A stretch of 64,000 nt of DNA from the IMG/VR virus record IMGVR_UViG_3300021963_009201, positions 32,001-96,000 of that record; one strand, written 5' to 3'. Made by a program: the position numbers and the translations under genes. Source of the DNA: a virus. Below, in pieces: positions 47,867 to 55,897 of the stretch (the stretch's first letter is position 1; every line of letters starts with the position of its first letter). Under the pieces are notes generated by a model that made no database searches, was not told the DNA's origin, and saw only the letters and a program-made list of their open reading frames with translations.

Positions 47867-48475
47867 ATGGCTTTATACTACGCAGGGCCAAGACCAGTAC
47901 TTAAGGGTCGCAATAGCAATAATATGGTAAACCCATATAAAGGCACAGCTGGCACCTACTCTTTTTACCCGCTTTATAGCACAGATCACGTACTTGATGG
48001 TGCGCCAAAAACGAATTACACACCAGGCTCCGGGGAGCATCCTCATGGCTTGAATCTTAGCCGCGTATACACGGGGCTAGAAAATGCCATTCAGCCACTC
48101 AAGTCGGCTGGTGATGGGGCCAGAATTGACGGTATGCGATTCCGTCCATTCGAAAGTAAAGGCGCTGCAGGTACAGTCGTCTTTGATGACTCCTTTGGTC
48201 ATATTACGAGAGAAACTGACTACTCATACAACCGTCGTTATGAGCATATCTACAAGTTCCAGAGACTGTCTGATCCAGGCCATGCTATAAGGTTTACCGA
48301 TGAAGACGGCGCTGCCGATTCTTTTGGTGCCTTTGCCCCATACGAGTACAAGGGTCCTGGCGATGGTGCTATTGGAACATCTTATGGTCAGACAGTGCCT
48401 GCAGGCTACGATAACGAGTATGGTCGAAATCGCGTAAACGAATGGCGTGGAGTTCCTTCAGCGCGAGCTCTTTGA
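47867..48475 (+). CDS. Gly/Tyr/Pro-rich hypothetical protein (202 aa)
   Basis: Strong AGGAG SD and its own upstream motif; imperfect internal repeats PYKG / PFESKG / PYEYKG. Confidence 0.75.
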   Translation: MALYYAGPRPVLKGRNSNNMVNPYKGTAGTYSFYPLYSTDHVLDGAPKTNYTPGSGEHPHGLNLSRVYTGLENAIQPLKSAGDGARIDGMRFRPFESKGAAGTVVFDDSFGHITRETDYSYNRRYEHIYKFQRLSDPGHAIRFTDEDGAADSFGAFAPYEYKGPGDGAIGTSYGQTVPAGYDNEYGRNRVNEWRGVPSARAL

Positions 48476-48477
48476 TG

Positions 48478-48486
48478 TGATATAAT
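48478..48486 (+). promoter_or_regulatory. Extended -10 promoter TG-A-TATAAT, probably giving a leaderless mRNA
   Basis: TATAAT at 48481-86, exactly 6 nt before the ATG at 48493; no SD. Confidence 0.65.
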
Positions 48487-48492
48487 TAGTGC

Positions 48493-48765
48493 ATGGAAAG
48501 AGAAACTTTACCAGCAGAAATTGCATGGTTGGGTCTTGTTGGGTACGTGTCTGTAGTCGATAGCTACTTATTGGCTACAGGCAAGGCCCCTATGACAGAC
48601 GCCTGGAGAAAAGCTTTAAAGCACCCATTAAACAGATGGGTCATAATATTGGCTTGGATTTTTACTACTAAGCACCTTTTCTTTGGAAACATCTTTCCTA
48701 AAGTGGATCCGTTTCGCGCTTTAGTTGTTATGGCTAGGGCGCTCAACAAGATTATAGGAGGATAA
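48493..48765 (+). CDS. Small membrane protein, holin-associated (90 aa)
   Basis: Two hydrophobic segments; HP...HL...P..DP pattern recalls small actinophage membrane proteins. Confidence 0.55.
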   Translation: MERETLPAEIAWLGLVGYVSVVDSYLLATGKAPMTDAWRKALKHPLNRWVIILAWIFTTKHLFFGNIFPKVDPFRALVVMARALNKIIGG

Positions 48766-48766
48766 T

Positions 48767-49081
48767 ATGACAATAGATGTAAATTTATTGCAAATCCTAG
48801 TATCAATGATCCTTCCGCTTGTGGTTGGGATCGTCGTTAAGCAGGTTGCCCATCCGGCAGTAAGGTCAGTTACTTTAGCCTTCCTTTCGGCTGTGACAGC
48901 AATTGCTGCGACAGGTCTAGGTAATAATGGGGAGATTGGTACAGCAACCATTGCTGAAGCTGTTGTTAGCTTCATTATAGCTGTCGGCACTTACTACGGT
49001 TTGTGGAAGCCAACTGGAATAGCAGACAATGTAAACAATACTACAAAAAACTTTGGAATTACTTTAACAAAACAGCCTTAA
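48767..49081 (+). CDS. Holin (104 aa)
   Basis: Three hydrophobic helices and the YYGLWKPTG motif seen in actinophage holins; GGAGG SD. Confidence 0.7.
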   Translation: MTIDVNLLQILVSMILPLVVGIVVKQVAHPAVRSVTLAFLSAVTAIAATGLGNNGEIGTATIAEAVVSFIIAVGTYYGLWKPTGIADNVNNTTKNFGITLTKQP

Positions 49082-49084
49082 TAC

Positions 49085-49114
49085 TTGAGACTAATGTGTC
49101 TTAAATGGTAGTAT
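49085..49114 (+). promoter_or_regulatory. Sigma70/SigA-type promoter TTGAGA-N18-TAGTAT (with TG extension) overlapped by an imperfect inverted repeat
   Basis: TTGAGA at 49085-90, TG at 49106-07, TAGTAT at 49109-14; TTGAGAC-N6-GTCTTAA palindrome at 49085-49104. Confidence 0.45.
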
Positions 49115-49145
49115 AACTTATATGTTGTTGCTTTGATTCTCGTAA

Positions 49146-49184
49146 AAATTACGGTCCTATCCTTTGTGGATAGGGCCGTAATTT
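49146..49184. terminator. Strong, probably bidirectional intrinsic terminator separating the structural and replication modules
   Basis: 17-bp stem AAATTACGGTCCTATCC / GGATAGGGCCGTAATTT (one G-U pair), 5-nt loop, A-rich 5' and T-rich 3' flanks. Confidence 0.85.
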
Positions 49185-49206
49185 ATTCTAGGCAAGAATT
49201 TTGATA

Positions 49207-49215
49207 TGTTATAAT
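49207..49215 (+). promoter_or_regulatory. Extended -10 promoter TG-T-TATAAT for the nucleotide-metabolism operon
   Basis: Perfect TATAAT at 49210-15 with TG at 49207-08, just after the terminator and 28 nt before GTG 49244. Confidence 0.7.
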
Positions 49216-49243
49216 AAGTTTTAACAAAGATATAAGGGTAACC

Positions 49244-49927
49244 GTGCAGGTTGAATCAGAAAAGCAAAATATAACAAAAGAAATCGCCGTTAAATACTTA
49301 AACCTGTATGTCGGCGATTCAGATTGGTCTAAACATATTGATACTCTATGGGCGAGGCTTTCTAAAAAGCATGATGAAACGCAAGCAAAAATTCTCTTGA
49401 AGAAAACTATCGCCTGCGCTACGATGCTGCCGGTTTACGATAGGACCAAGATTCCGGATAATCCCGAAAATCTGCTATTTTGGTGTCCAACATATCAGCA
49501 GTTTAGCGAAAAAGACTGGACAGAAATTTTCCTTGATATCGTTAATAAAGATGAGCAAATAGAAAGTTGGCGTCTAGAGTGCCAAAGGCTTGGTGTCGTA
49601 TACCCCATAGTTTATGCTCCATGGCCAAGGCAAGCTTTCAATTGGTTATTTAAGGCGGCGGAAGAATCTGGTCAGGTAACCGATGAAAATAGGGAGCAAG
49701 TTGAGAAAAGGTTTGAAAGACTAGTATTAACGTATGGTGGACTAGTAATTTGTCACATCTTTCAAAAAGAAGAGTATAAAATTAAGAAAAAAGTTCTTAA
49801 TTGGAGAACAGGTTATTTTTTTGAGAGATTAATATTTGACATTTACACAATAGATCAAGTCTTAAAGATTAAAAAGCAAGAATTATTAAAAACAAACAAA
49901 ACACTAGTAAAACAAATTCAGAATTAG
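49244..49927 (+). CDS. Hypothetical protein (227 aa)
   Basis: GTG start with AAGGG SD; first gene after the promoter; no motif recognised. Confidence 0.75.
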   Translation: MQVESEKQNITKEIAVKYLNLYVGDSDWSKHIDTLWARLSKKHDETQAKILLKKTIACATMLPVYDRTKIPDNPENLLFWCPTYQQFSEKDWTEIFLDIVNKDEQIESWRLECQRLGVVYPIVYAPWPRQAFNWLFKAAEESGQVTDENREQVEKRFERLVLTYGGLVICHIFQKEEYKIKKKVLNWRTGYFFERLIFDIYTIDQVLKIKKQELLKTNKTLVKQIQN

Positions 49928-49939
49928 GAGACTGCAATT

Positions 49940-51964
49940 ATGCCTGACGAGGTTTCATACCTTTCGTTTAGCCTTCCGGAAGATTTTATAAAAGGCTACA
50001 AAAAAAGAGACGTACCATGGGGCTTCCCAATTGGTGCAGGGAATTCGCTTGGTGAGTTAACCTTCCTCACTAAGTACAGCCGACGAAAAGAAGATGGCGG
50101 AAAAGAACGATGGTGGGAAACTTGCAAGAGAGTTATCGAGGGTATGTTCTCTATACAAAAAGATTGGTGTAAGACTAATCGTTTACCCTGGAATGAGCGC
50201 AAAGCTCAGAACACAGCCCAAGATGCTTATGAAAGACTCTTTATTGGGAAGTGGACACCACCAGGTCGTGGACTATGGATGATGGGCACAAAGTTTGTTC
50301 ATGAGCAAAAAAACTCAGCCGCTCTACAGAACTGTAGTTTCCTGTCAACTGAGGGCATATCTCCAAGGTCGGTCCAAGACGCTGTGTGGCCATTCGTGAG
50401 GCTTATGGAGATGTCTATGCTTGGTGTTGGGGTTGGTTTCGATACTAAGGGGGCTGGCAAATTAGAGATTCATGAACCACTTAGTGATGTTAAGACTTTT
50501 GCGATACCAGATTCGCGCGAAGGTTGGTGTGAATCGGTGTCGGTTCTTTTGGAGTCCTACTTCTTTGCAAGTAGGCATACAGTTGAGTTTGATTATAGTC
50601 AAATTAGGCCATCGGGTGAACCAATTGGAGGATTTGGTGGCGTTGCTGCTGGTCCTGGTCCACTTATTGATCTTCATATTTCTTTAAAGAAACAGTTCGA
50701 AAATCGCAAGGGTCAAAGGATCACTTCTACTGACATAGTTGATATACAGAATAAGATAGGCAAATGCGTTGTTGCGGGTAACGTAAGGCGATCAGCAGAA
50801 ATAGCTCTCGGAGAATTTGGTGATCAAGAATTTCTTGATCTTAAAAACTGGGAGATAAACCCGGAACGCATGGGCGCAAACGGTTGGGGTCATACCTCTA
50901 ACAATTCAATAATCGCTAATGTAGGTCAAGATTTTTCGCATATTGCAAGCCTTATCGCGGAAAATGGTGAGCCCGGAATAGTATGGCTAGACTTATGTCG
51001 CAAGTATGGTAGGTTGGTGGATGAGCCAAACAATAAGGACTGGAGGGCTGCAGGCACTAACCCATGTAGTGAACAGACGCTAGAGTCAGGCGAATGTTGC
51101 ACCCTAGTGGAAAACTTTATCTCAAGGCATGATACATTGGAAGACTTTCATAAAACGCTAAAGATATCCTACCTTTATGCAAAGTCAGTTACATTGCTTC
51201 CTACGCATTGGCCCGAAACTAATGCGATTATGCAGAGAAACAGAAGAATAGGATGTTCCGTTTCTGGTCTTGCGCATTTCGCAGAGTCACGAGGCTGGAC
51301 AGATCTCCGTTCATGGTTAGATTCTGGATATGACTATATCCAAATGTTAGACAATAAATACTCTGAATGGTTAGGTTGCCGTTCCTCTATTAAGACTACT
51401 TCAATTAAGCCTTCGGGAACAGTCTCGTTACTGTTTGGCGTTACCCCGGGCGTCCATTGGCCGACGGCAGATGTTTATATACGCCGCATGAGGCTTGCAT
51501 CTAACGACCCGCTTATCGAGGCCTTAAGTGAGGCCGGATACCATACGGAGCCAGACGTTATGGATCCAAAGCATTCTGTTGTCGTGGAGATGCCTACAAA
51601 GGGGCCAGATGTTCGTACTGAACGTGAAGTCTCAATGTGGGAAAAAGCTCAGCTTGCTATTTTGGCGCAAAGGTATTGGGCAGATAATCAGGTATCTGTA
51701 ACTATTACTTTTAAGAGTGATGAAAAAGACCAAATCGGCCCATTGTTAAGCTCTATTGACGGTCAATTGAAGTCGGTATCAATGCTCCCACTATTAGAGG
51801 TGGGTGGCGCTTACGCACAAATGCCTTATGAAAAAATTGAAGAAGATGAATGGGATTCAAAGGTTAGGGGTGTTAAGCGCATTAATTGGACCGAATATTA
51901 TAAAGGCAAAGCGCTTGACGCAGAGGGCGAAAAGTTTTGCTCTAACGATACTTGCGAGATATAA
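49940..51964 (+). CDS. nrdJ: Class II (adenosylcobalamin-dependent) ribonucleotide reductase, monomeric RTPR type (674 aa)
   Basis: PPGRGLW, LQNCSF, GNVRRSAEI, TNPCSEQ, CCTLVE, IKPSGTVS, C-terminal CSNDTC; AGGAG SD. Confidence 0.95.
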   Translation: MPDEVSYLSFSLPEDFIKGYKKRDVPWGFPIGAGNSLGELTFLTKYSRRKEDGGKERWWETCKRVIEGMFSIQKDWCKTNRLPWNERKAQNTAQDAYERLFIGKWTPPGRGLWMMGTKFVHEQKNSAALQNCSFLSTEGISPRSVQDAVWPFVRLMEMSMLGVGVGFDTKGAGKLEIHEPLSDVKTFAIPDSREGWCESVSVLLESYFFASRHTVEFDYSQIRPSGEPIGGFGGVAAGPGPLIDLHISLKKQFENRKGQRITSTDIVDIQNKIGKCVVAGNVRRSAEIALGEFGDQEFLDLKNWEINPERMGANGWGHTSNNSIIANVGQDFSHIASLIAENGEPGIVWLDLCRKYGRLVDEPNNKDWRAAGTNPCSEQTLESGECCTLVENFISRHDTLEDFHKTLKISYLYAKSVTLLPTHWPETNAIMQRNRRIGCSVSGLAHFAESRGWTDLRSWLDSGYDYIQMLDNKYSEWLGCRSSIKTTSIKPSGTVSLLFGVTPGVHWPTADVYIRRMRLASNDPLIEALSEAGYHTEPDVMDPKHSVVVEMPTKGPDVRTEREVSMWEKAQLAILAQRYWADNQVSVTITFKSDEKDQIGPLLSSIDGQLKSVSMLPLLEVGGAYAQMPYEKIEEDEWDSKVRGVKRINWTEYYKGKALDAEGEKFCSNDTCEI

Positions 51965-51965
51965 T
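51957..51965 (+). promoter_or_regulatory. -10 element TATAAT, probably giving a leaderless mRNA
   Basis: TATAAT at 51960-65, 6 nt before the ATG at 51972. Confidence 0.55.
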
Positions 51966-51971
51966 TATACT

Positions 51972-52310
51972 ATGGGCGCAGAAGACGATTTTGATTCTAA
52001 ATTTGAAGAAATAATAAGTCAGGAAAATTTTGAAGAAGCTGATTTTCAAAAAATTGCAGTTTCTGAGATTTCGGATACCTTGGCTAGTATCAGTTTCTTG
52101 TGCGCCCAATTGTCTAATCTTCTGAACGAGTCTTTAAAGACGGCAGAGATAGAAATCAGTGCATCGTTTATGGAAATTCTAAAAGAAGTAAAAGATGCAT
52201 CAGAAAAATTTAATGAAGAAATTTTAATTGAAATAGAATTTGGCGATACTGATGAAGATAATGAAGATGAAGAAGAAGAAGAGTCAGACGATCGAGACGA
52301 ACCATGTTGA
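51972..52310 (+). CDS. Highly acidic hypothetical protein (112 aa)
   Basis: ATG 51972 preferred to the 51804 start, which would overlap nrdJ by 161 nt; E/D-rich with a DEDNEDEEEEESDDRDE tail. Confidence 0.7.
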   Translation: MGAEDDFDSKFEEIISQENFEEADFQKIAVSEISDTLASISFLCAQLSNLLNESLKTAEIEISASFMEILKEVKDASEKFNEEILIEIEFGDTDEDNEDEEEEESDDRDEPC

Positions 52311-52995
52311 TCTATTAAGCAATGGTTATGTCCGATTGGTCGATAGTATGGGCTCCGACTTGTCGGTAGTAAATGCGGCAAGGGCATCATATGCTAAAGA
52401 GAGTTTTGAGATAGATGAAAATGATAAGAGGCTTATCAGGTTCTTAGCTAGAGAAGGGCATTGGTCTCCCTTTAGGCATGCATTTCTTACTTTTGAGTTT
52501 AAGGCCCCGTTAATGGTCGCTAGGCAGCATTGGAAGTATGTTGTAGGTTCGGATCACACGATGGACTCATGGAATGAGTCTAGCAGGAGATATATTACGA
52601 GTGATCCTGATTTTTATATACCTGGAGTAGAGCAGTGGCGTTTAGCTCCGGAAAATTCTAAGCAGGGATCTGGAGATTTTATCGACTCGGAATCAGGTCT
52701 CATGTTGACATCTAAATTGTTAGAGACCATAGACTACTGCATGGCTAATTATGAGATGGCACTAAATGACATTAATATAGCCCCTGAACAAGCTAGGCTT
52801 TTCCTGCCCGCCTATGGTATGAATGTATTGTATCGTTGGTCTTGCAGTCTCCAATCTGTAGGTTTATTTTTGAAACAAAGACAGCATGATACGGCACAGC
52901 ATGAGATCAGTGTTTACGCAAACGCTGTTTATGATTTAGTCAAGCCAATTTTTCCGGTATCTATTGACTCTATTATGGAGTTTTATGATGCATGA
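52240..52995 (+). CDS. thyX: Flavin-dependent thymidylate synthase (true start uncertain, possibly ATG ~52261-52267)
   Basis: GYVRLVDSMGSDLSVVNAARAS, HWSPFRH, ARQHWKYVVG...SWNESSRRY, EQARLFLP. Confidence 0.95.
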   Translation: MAILMKIMKMKKKKSQTIETNHVDLLSNGYVRLVDSMGSDLSVVNAARASYAKESFEIDENDKRLIRFLAREGHWSPFRHAFLTFEFKAPLMVARQHWKYVVGSDHTMDSWNESSRRYITSDPDFYIPGVEQWRLAPENSKQGSGDFIDSESGLMLTSKLLETIDYCMANYEMALNDINIAPEQARLFLPAYGMNVLYRWSCSLQSVGLFLKQRQHDTAQHEISVYANAVYDLVKPIFPVSIDSIMEFYDA

Positions 52996-53158
52996 GTTAA
53001 TAGGGCTACTGCTCTACGCTTTCTTTGCTAGTTGGGCTATATTGATTGTGGTAAATCTAAAGGATTTGGCTATTACGAATTTAGCTCGGACTTTAGTTGC
53101 CTTAACCGCTTTTAGTCTTATGTATTTATCTGGAGTTTTTTTATATGTCTTTATTTAG
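52985..53158 (+). CDS. Small two-helix membrane protein (~57 aa)
   Basis: Two hydrophobic stretches; overlaps the thyX stop and the start of the next gene. Confidence 0.55.
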   Translation: MMHELIGLLLYAFFASWAILIVVNLKDLAITNLARTLVALTAFSLMYLSGVFLYVFI

Positions 53159-53615
53159 CCGTAAAGATTTACAGTTTTTAAAGCTGTGCACTGAGGGAGC
53201 CTTAATCTTTTCTACTTGCGGCAAAAAGCAGTATATGGCTATTTTAACCGATGAGGATTATATGGTTTTAGGTATGGGCTATAATGGTGGTCCGCCTAAG
53301 TCTCAGCATTGCGTTGATGGTGGTTGCGAAAGGTTTAGCCAAAATTCGCAGAATGGCTCTATATATGACAACTGCATAGCTGTTCACGCGGAGCAAAACG
53401 CACTTTTGCATTCGGATCACAGCTCTAAACCGACTAGGCTTTTCGTGAATGGTCCACCATGTTTCACGTGTGCTAAACTTATAGTGAATAGCAGTGTAAA
53501 AACAGTATTTTATATACGAGATGAAGACTATAAGGATTGGCCAAAAGTAGCAAGGTTTATGAAGTCTAATGGAGTAGAAGTATTGGGGTTTGCAAATGCC
53601 AGCACAAAAAATTAA
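53145..53615 (+). CDS. dCMP deaminase (ComEB-like) (156 aa)
   Basis: GYNG, HAEQNA and PCFTC Zn-deaminase motifs. Confidence 0.92.
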   Translation: MSLFSRKDLQFLKLCTEGALIFSTCGKKQYMAILTDEDYMVLGMGYNGGPPKSQHCVDGGCERFSQNSQNGSIYDNCIAVHAEQNALLHSDHSSKPTRLFVNGPPCFTCAKLIVNSSVKTVFYIRDEDYKDWPKVARFMKSNGVEVLGFANASTKN

Positions 53616-53844
53616 TTACCTAGTTTTGTACCCTCACGATGCCCAAGTGTATGGCTGTTCAAGTAAAGAGATAGCTCTGCAATCACCGCCACCTGAAGGT
53701 TTTTCTATTGATGAAAAAATGGTTTTTTTTATTAGTATGGAGCCAGAAAATGGTAATCTAGTTTGGTACAAGATACCAAAAAATGAAGTTGTAAACGCAG
53801 AAATAGTTTACCCAAAATCAATGCAAAAGAAAAAGAAAGAATAG
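53590..53844 (+). CDS. Hypothetical protein (~84 aa)
   Basis: Fits the operon tiling; no motif recognised. Confidence 0.6.
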   Translation: MQMPAQKINYLVLYPHDAQVYGCSSKEIALQSPPPEGFSIDEKMVFFISMEPENGNLVWYKIPKNEVVNAEIVYPKSMQKKKKE

Positions 53845-53845
53845 C

Positions 53846-54073
53846 ATGTCTGCACAAAAAATAAAGGTAAGTCTAGAACCGGGTCAGTCGTATGTTGTTG
53901 CTGATACGGTTATTTGGGAAGACTTGTCTTACACCATAAGGCAAATTGCCGATCAATGGGAAGATGGATCTGAAGAAAAATCACTCTGGTTAGAATATCT
54001 CAATTATTTTGAGTCACAGTATAAAGCTAATCTTCTGTCTGAGCGTTTCGAAGAAGAAGACGGTTGGAAATAG
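53846..54073 (+). CDS. Acidic hypothetical protein (75 aa)
   Basis: Fits the operon tiling; no motif recognised. Confidence 0.6.
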   Translation: MSAQKIKVSLEPGQSYVVADTVIWEDLSYTIRQIADQWEDGSEEKSLWLEYLNYFESQYKANLLSERFEEEDGWK

Positions 54074-54080
54074 GTGTTAA

Positions 54081-54908
54081 ATGATTGATCTTTGTGTAGT
54101 TTCTTACAATACAAAAGATAAGCTACAGAGATTGGTGGAAACCTTAGCCAGCGATTATAAGCCTGGACAGCTTAGTCTTTATGTGCTAGACAATAACTCT
54201 TCTGACGGAAGCGCTGAATACCTTGCGGATGTAGTAAGGCCTATGAACTGGCCAGGAGAAATTATTCTAAGCTCTTTTAATTATGGCTACGCTTTTGCTT
54301 GTAACCTTTTGGCTTCTCGTGGCAGTGGCAATATTGTTGGATTACTTAACGCTGACGTCTGGATGCGAACCCAAGATGTTGCGACAATTGAGAGTAGAAT
54401 GTACGAACTAGATGCGGAGGTCTACGGGCCAAAACAAAGAGACGAGTTTGGAAGAGTCACACATGCCGGAATATTTGGCACCAACTCTCAGCCCCAGCAT
54501 CGTGGCTGGAAGATACATGATCCAGCAGACAGACTTTTCCGCGATACCTTAGACGCTGTAACCGTATCGGGATCTGCATATTTTGTTAAAAAAACAGTTT
54601 GGGAAAACTTAACTTACGATCCTGAGTATATTAACCTGCTGGGCCACTTAGTTGGGACAGGATCTATACCTCTCTGGTCTGTTGCTTCTGACGGAGCTTT
54701 CCTCCCAACTCCACACTACTATGAAGAAACATGGTGTTCGTACTATGCTAGGCATAGAGGGCATAGAGTGGTGTATGATGGATACGTCTCAATAGGTCAT
54801 AGCTGGCATGCTTCCTCTGATGTTGGTGGAGAACCAGACTCGAAGTTTAAGGTTAGTCAATCTATCTTCAGGGAAGCATGTGACTTTATGGGGATAGACC
54901 ATGATTGA
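54081..54908 (+). CDS. GT2 glycosyltransferase (WbbL-like) (275 aa)
   Basis: VVSYN, LDNNSSDGS, NYGYA..CN, LLNAD, VSGS, YYEET motifs. Confidence 0.9.
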   Translation: MIDLCVVSYNTKDKLQRLVETLASDYKPGQLSLYVLDNNSSDGSAEYLADVVRPMNWPGEIILSSFNYGYAFACNLLASRGSGNIVGLLNADVWMRTQDVATIESRMYELDAEVYGPKQRDEFGRVTHAGIFGTNSQPQHRGWKIHDPADRLFRDTLDAVTVSGSAYFVKKTVWENLTYDPEYINLLGHLVGTGSIPLWSVASDGAFLPTPHYYEETWCSYYARHRGHRVVYDGYVSIGHSWHASSDVGGEPDSKFKVSQSIFREACDFMGIDHD

Positions 54909-55215
54909 TACGATTAGCTTACTCAACTCTTATTATAAGGTTGTCCAACAAAGAGGCATACTTCAGGATGTTAATAAAGAAATTAAGCGGCGAGACGAAA
55001 AATGGGGCGAACAAAAGCATGACCTTTCCGATTGGATGACTATTCTTGGGAGAGAGTTTGGAGAAGCCTGTAAAGAGGTAAGCGAAACAAAAATGGCAAA
55101 AGGGTTAACAGAAATGGCTCAAGCTATGGATAGACTTGACGGAGAATTGGTACAGGTAGTTGCCGTTTGTTTCTGTATCTTAGAAAAAATAAGGAATAAA
55201 AATGTTAATAGCTAA
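54901..55215 (+). CDS. MazG-like all-alpha nucleotide pyrophosphohydrolase (104 aa)
   Basis: RRDEKWGEQKH...WMTILGREFGE...ELVQVVAV matches the phage MazG-like subfamily pattern, with the first Glu of EExxE replaced by Arg. Confidence 0.7.
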   Translation: MIDTISLLNSYYKVVQQRGILQDVNKEIKRRDEKWGEQKHDLSDWMTILGREFGEACKEVSETKMAKGLTEMAQAMDRLDGELVQVVAVCFCILEKIRNKNVNS

Positions 55216-55897
55216 TATGGTAGGAAGAAATGAAGGCTCTAGGTACTTAGAAAATGTTTTACAACATTTAAGCAATATTGTAGACCTTATTGTCTTTACG
55301 GACGACTGCTCTGAAGATAATACGGTGGAAATAGCTTCGCACTACGCAAAAGTTTTTTCTACTAATAAACCTTTATTCTCTTCTAATGAAGGAGAATTAA
55401 GAAGCTTTGCGTGGTCAAATCTGTGCCAGTACGCTCAGTCTAATCGCGACTGGATTTTAGCTATTGATTGTGACGAAAAGCTTTGGTCTACAAGCCCAGA
55501 GTTTGATATGAACTCACTCCTCAATCAAGACAGGTTTGATGTTATTAATATAAAGTTTTTCCATATGTGGAATGAAACTCAGTATCGTGTGGACAAGTTG
55601 TGGGCACCAAATAACAGTTCAAGACTATTTAGATTTTATGATGGGGGCGTTTTTTCTGACAGGAAATTAGCATGCGGTTCTGAGCCTACGTATGTCAACG
55701 AGATGATTAGGCGTGGTAAATACTATAAGGATAGTTCACTTGTCATGCAGCATCTTGGGTATGTGCGCGACGAAGATAAAACCGCAAAATACGCAAGATA
55801 CATGGAACTAGACGGTGGGGATTTCCATCAAAAAAGCCATATCGAATCTATTATAGACCCAGAACCAACACTCTTGGACTGGAAAATCTATGCCTGA
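55202..55897 (+). CDS. GT2 glycosyltransferase (231 aa)
   Basis: RNE...L, FTDDCSEDNT, WILAIDCDE, HLGY. Confidence 0.88.
   Translation: MLIANMVGRNEGSRYLENVLQHLSNIVDLIVFTDDCSEDNTVEIASHYAKVFSTNKPLFSSNEGELRSFAWSNLCQYAQSNRDWILAIDCDEKLWSTSPEFDMNSLLNQDRFDVINIKFFHMWNETQYRVDKLWAPNNSSRLFRFYDGGVFSDRKLACGSEPTYVNEMIRRGKYYKDSSLVMQHLGYVRDEDKTAKYARYMELDGGDFHQKSHIESIIDPEPTLLDWKIYA

Noticed and set aside
51804-51971. Longer 168-aa version of the acidic ORF
   Set aside because: It would overlap nrdJ by 161 nt; ATG 51972 has a well-placed -10 element.
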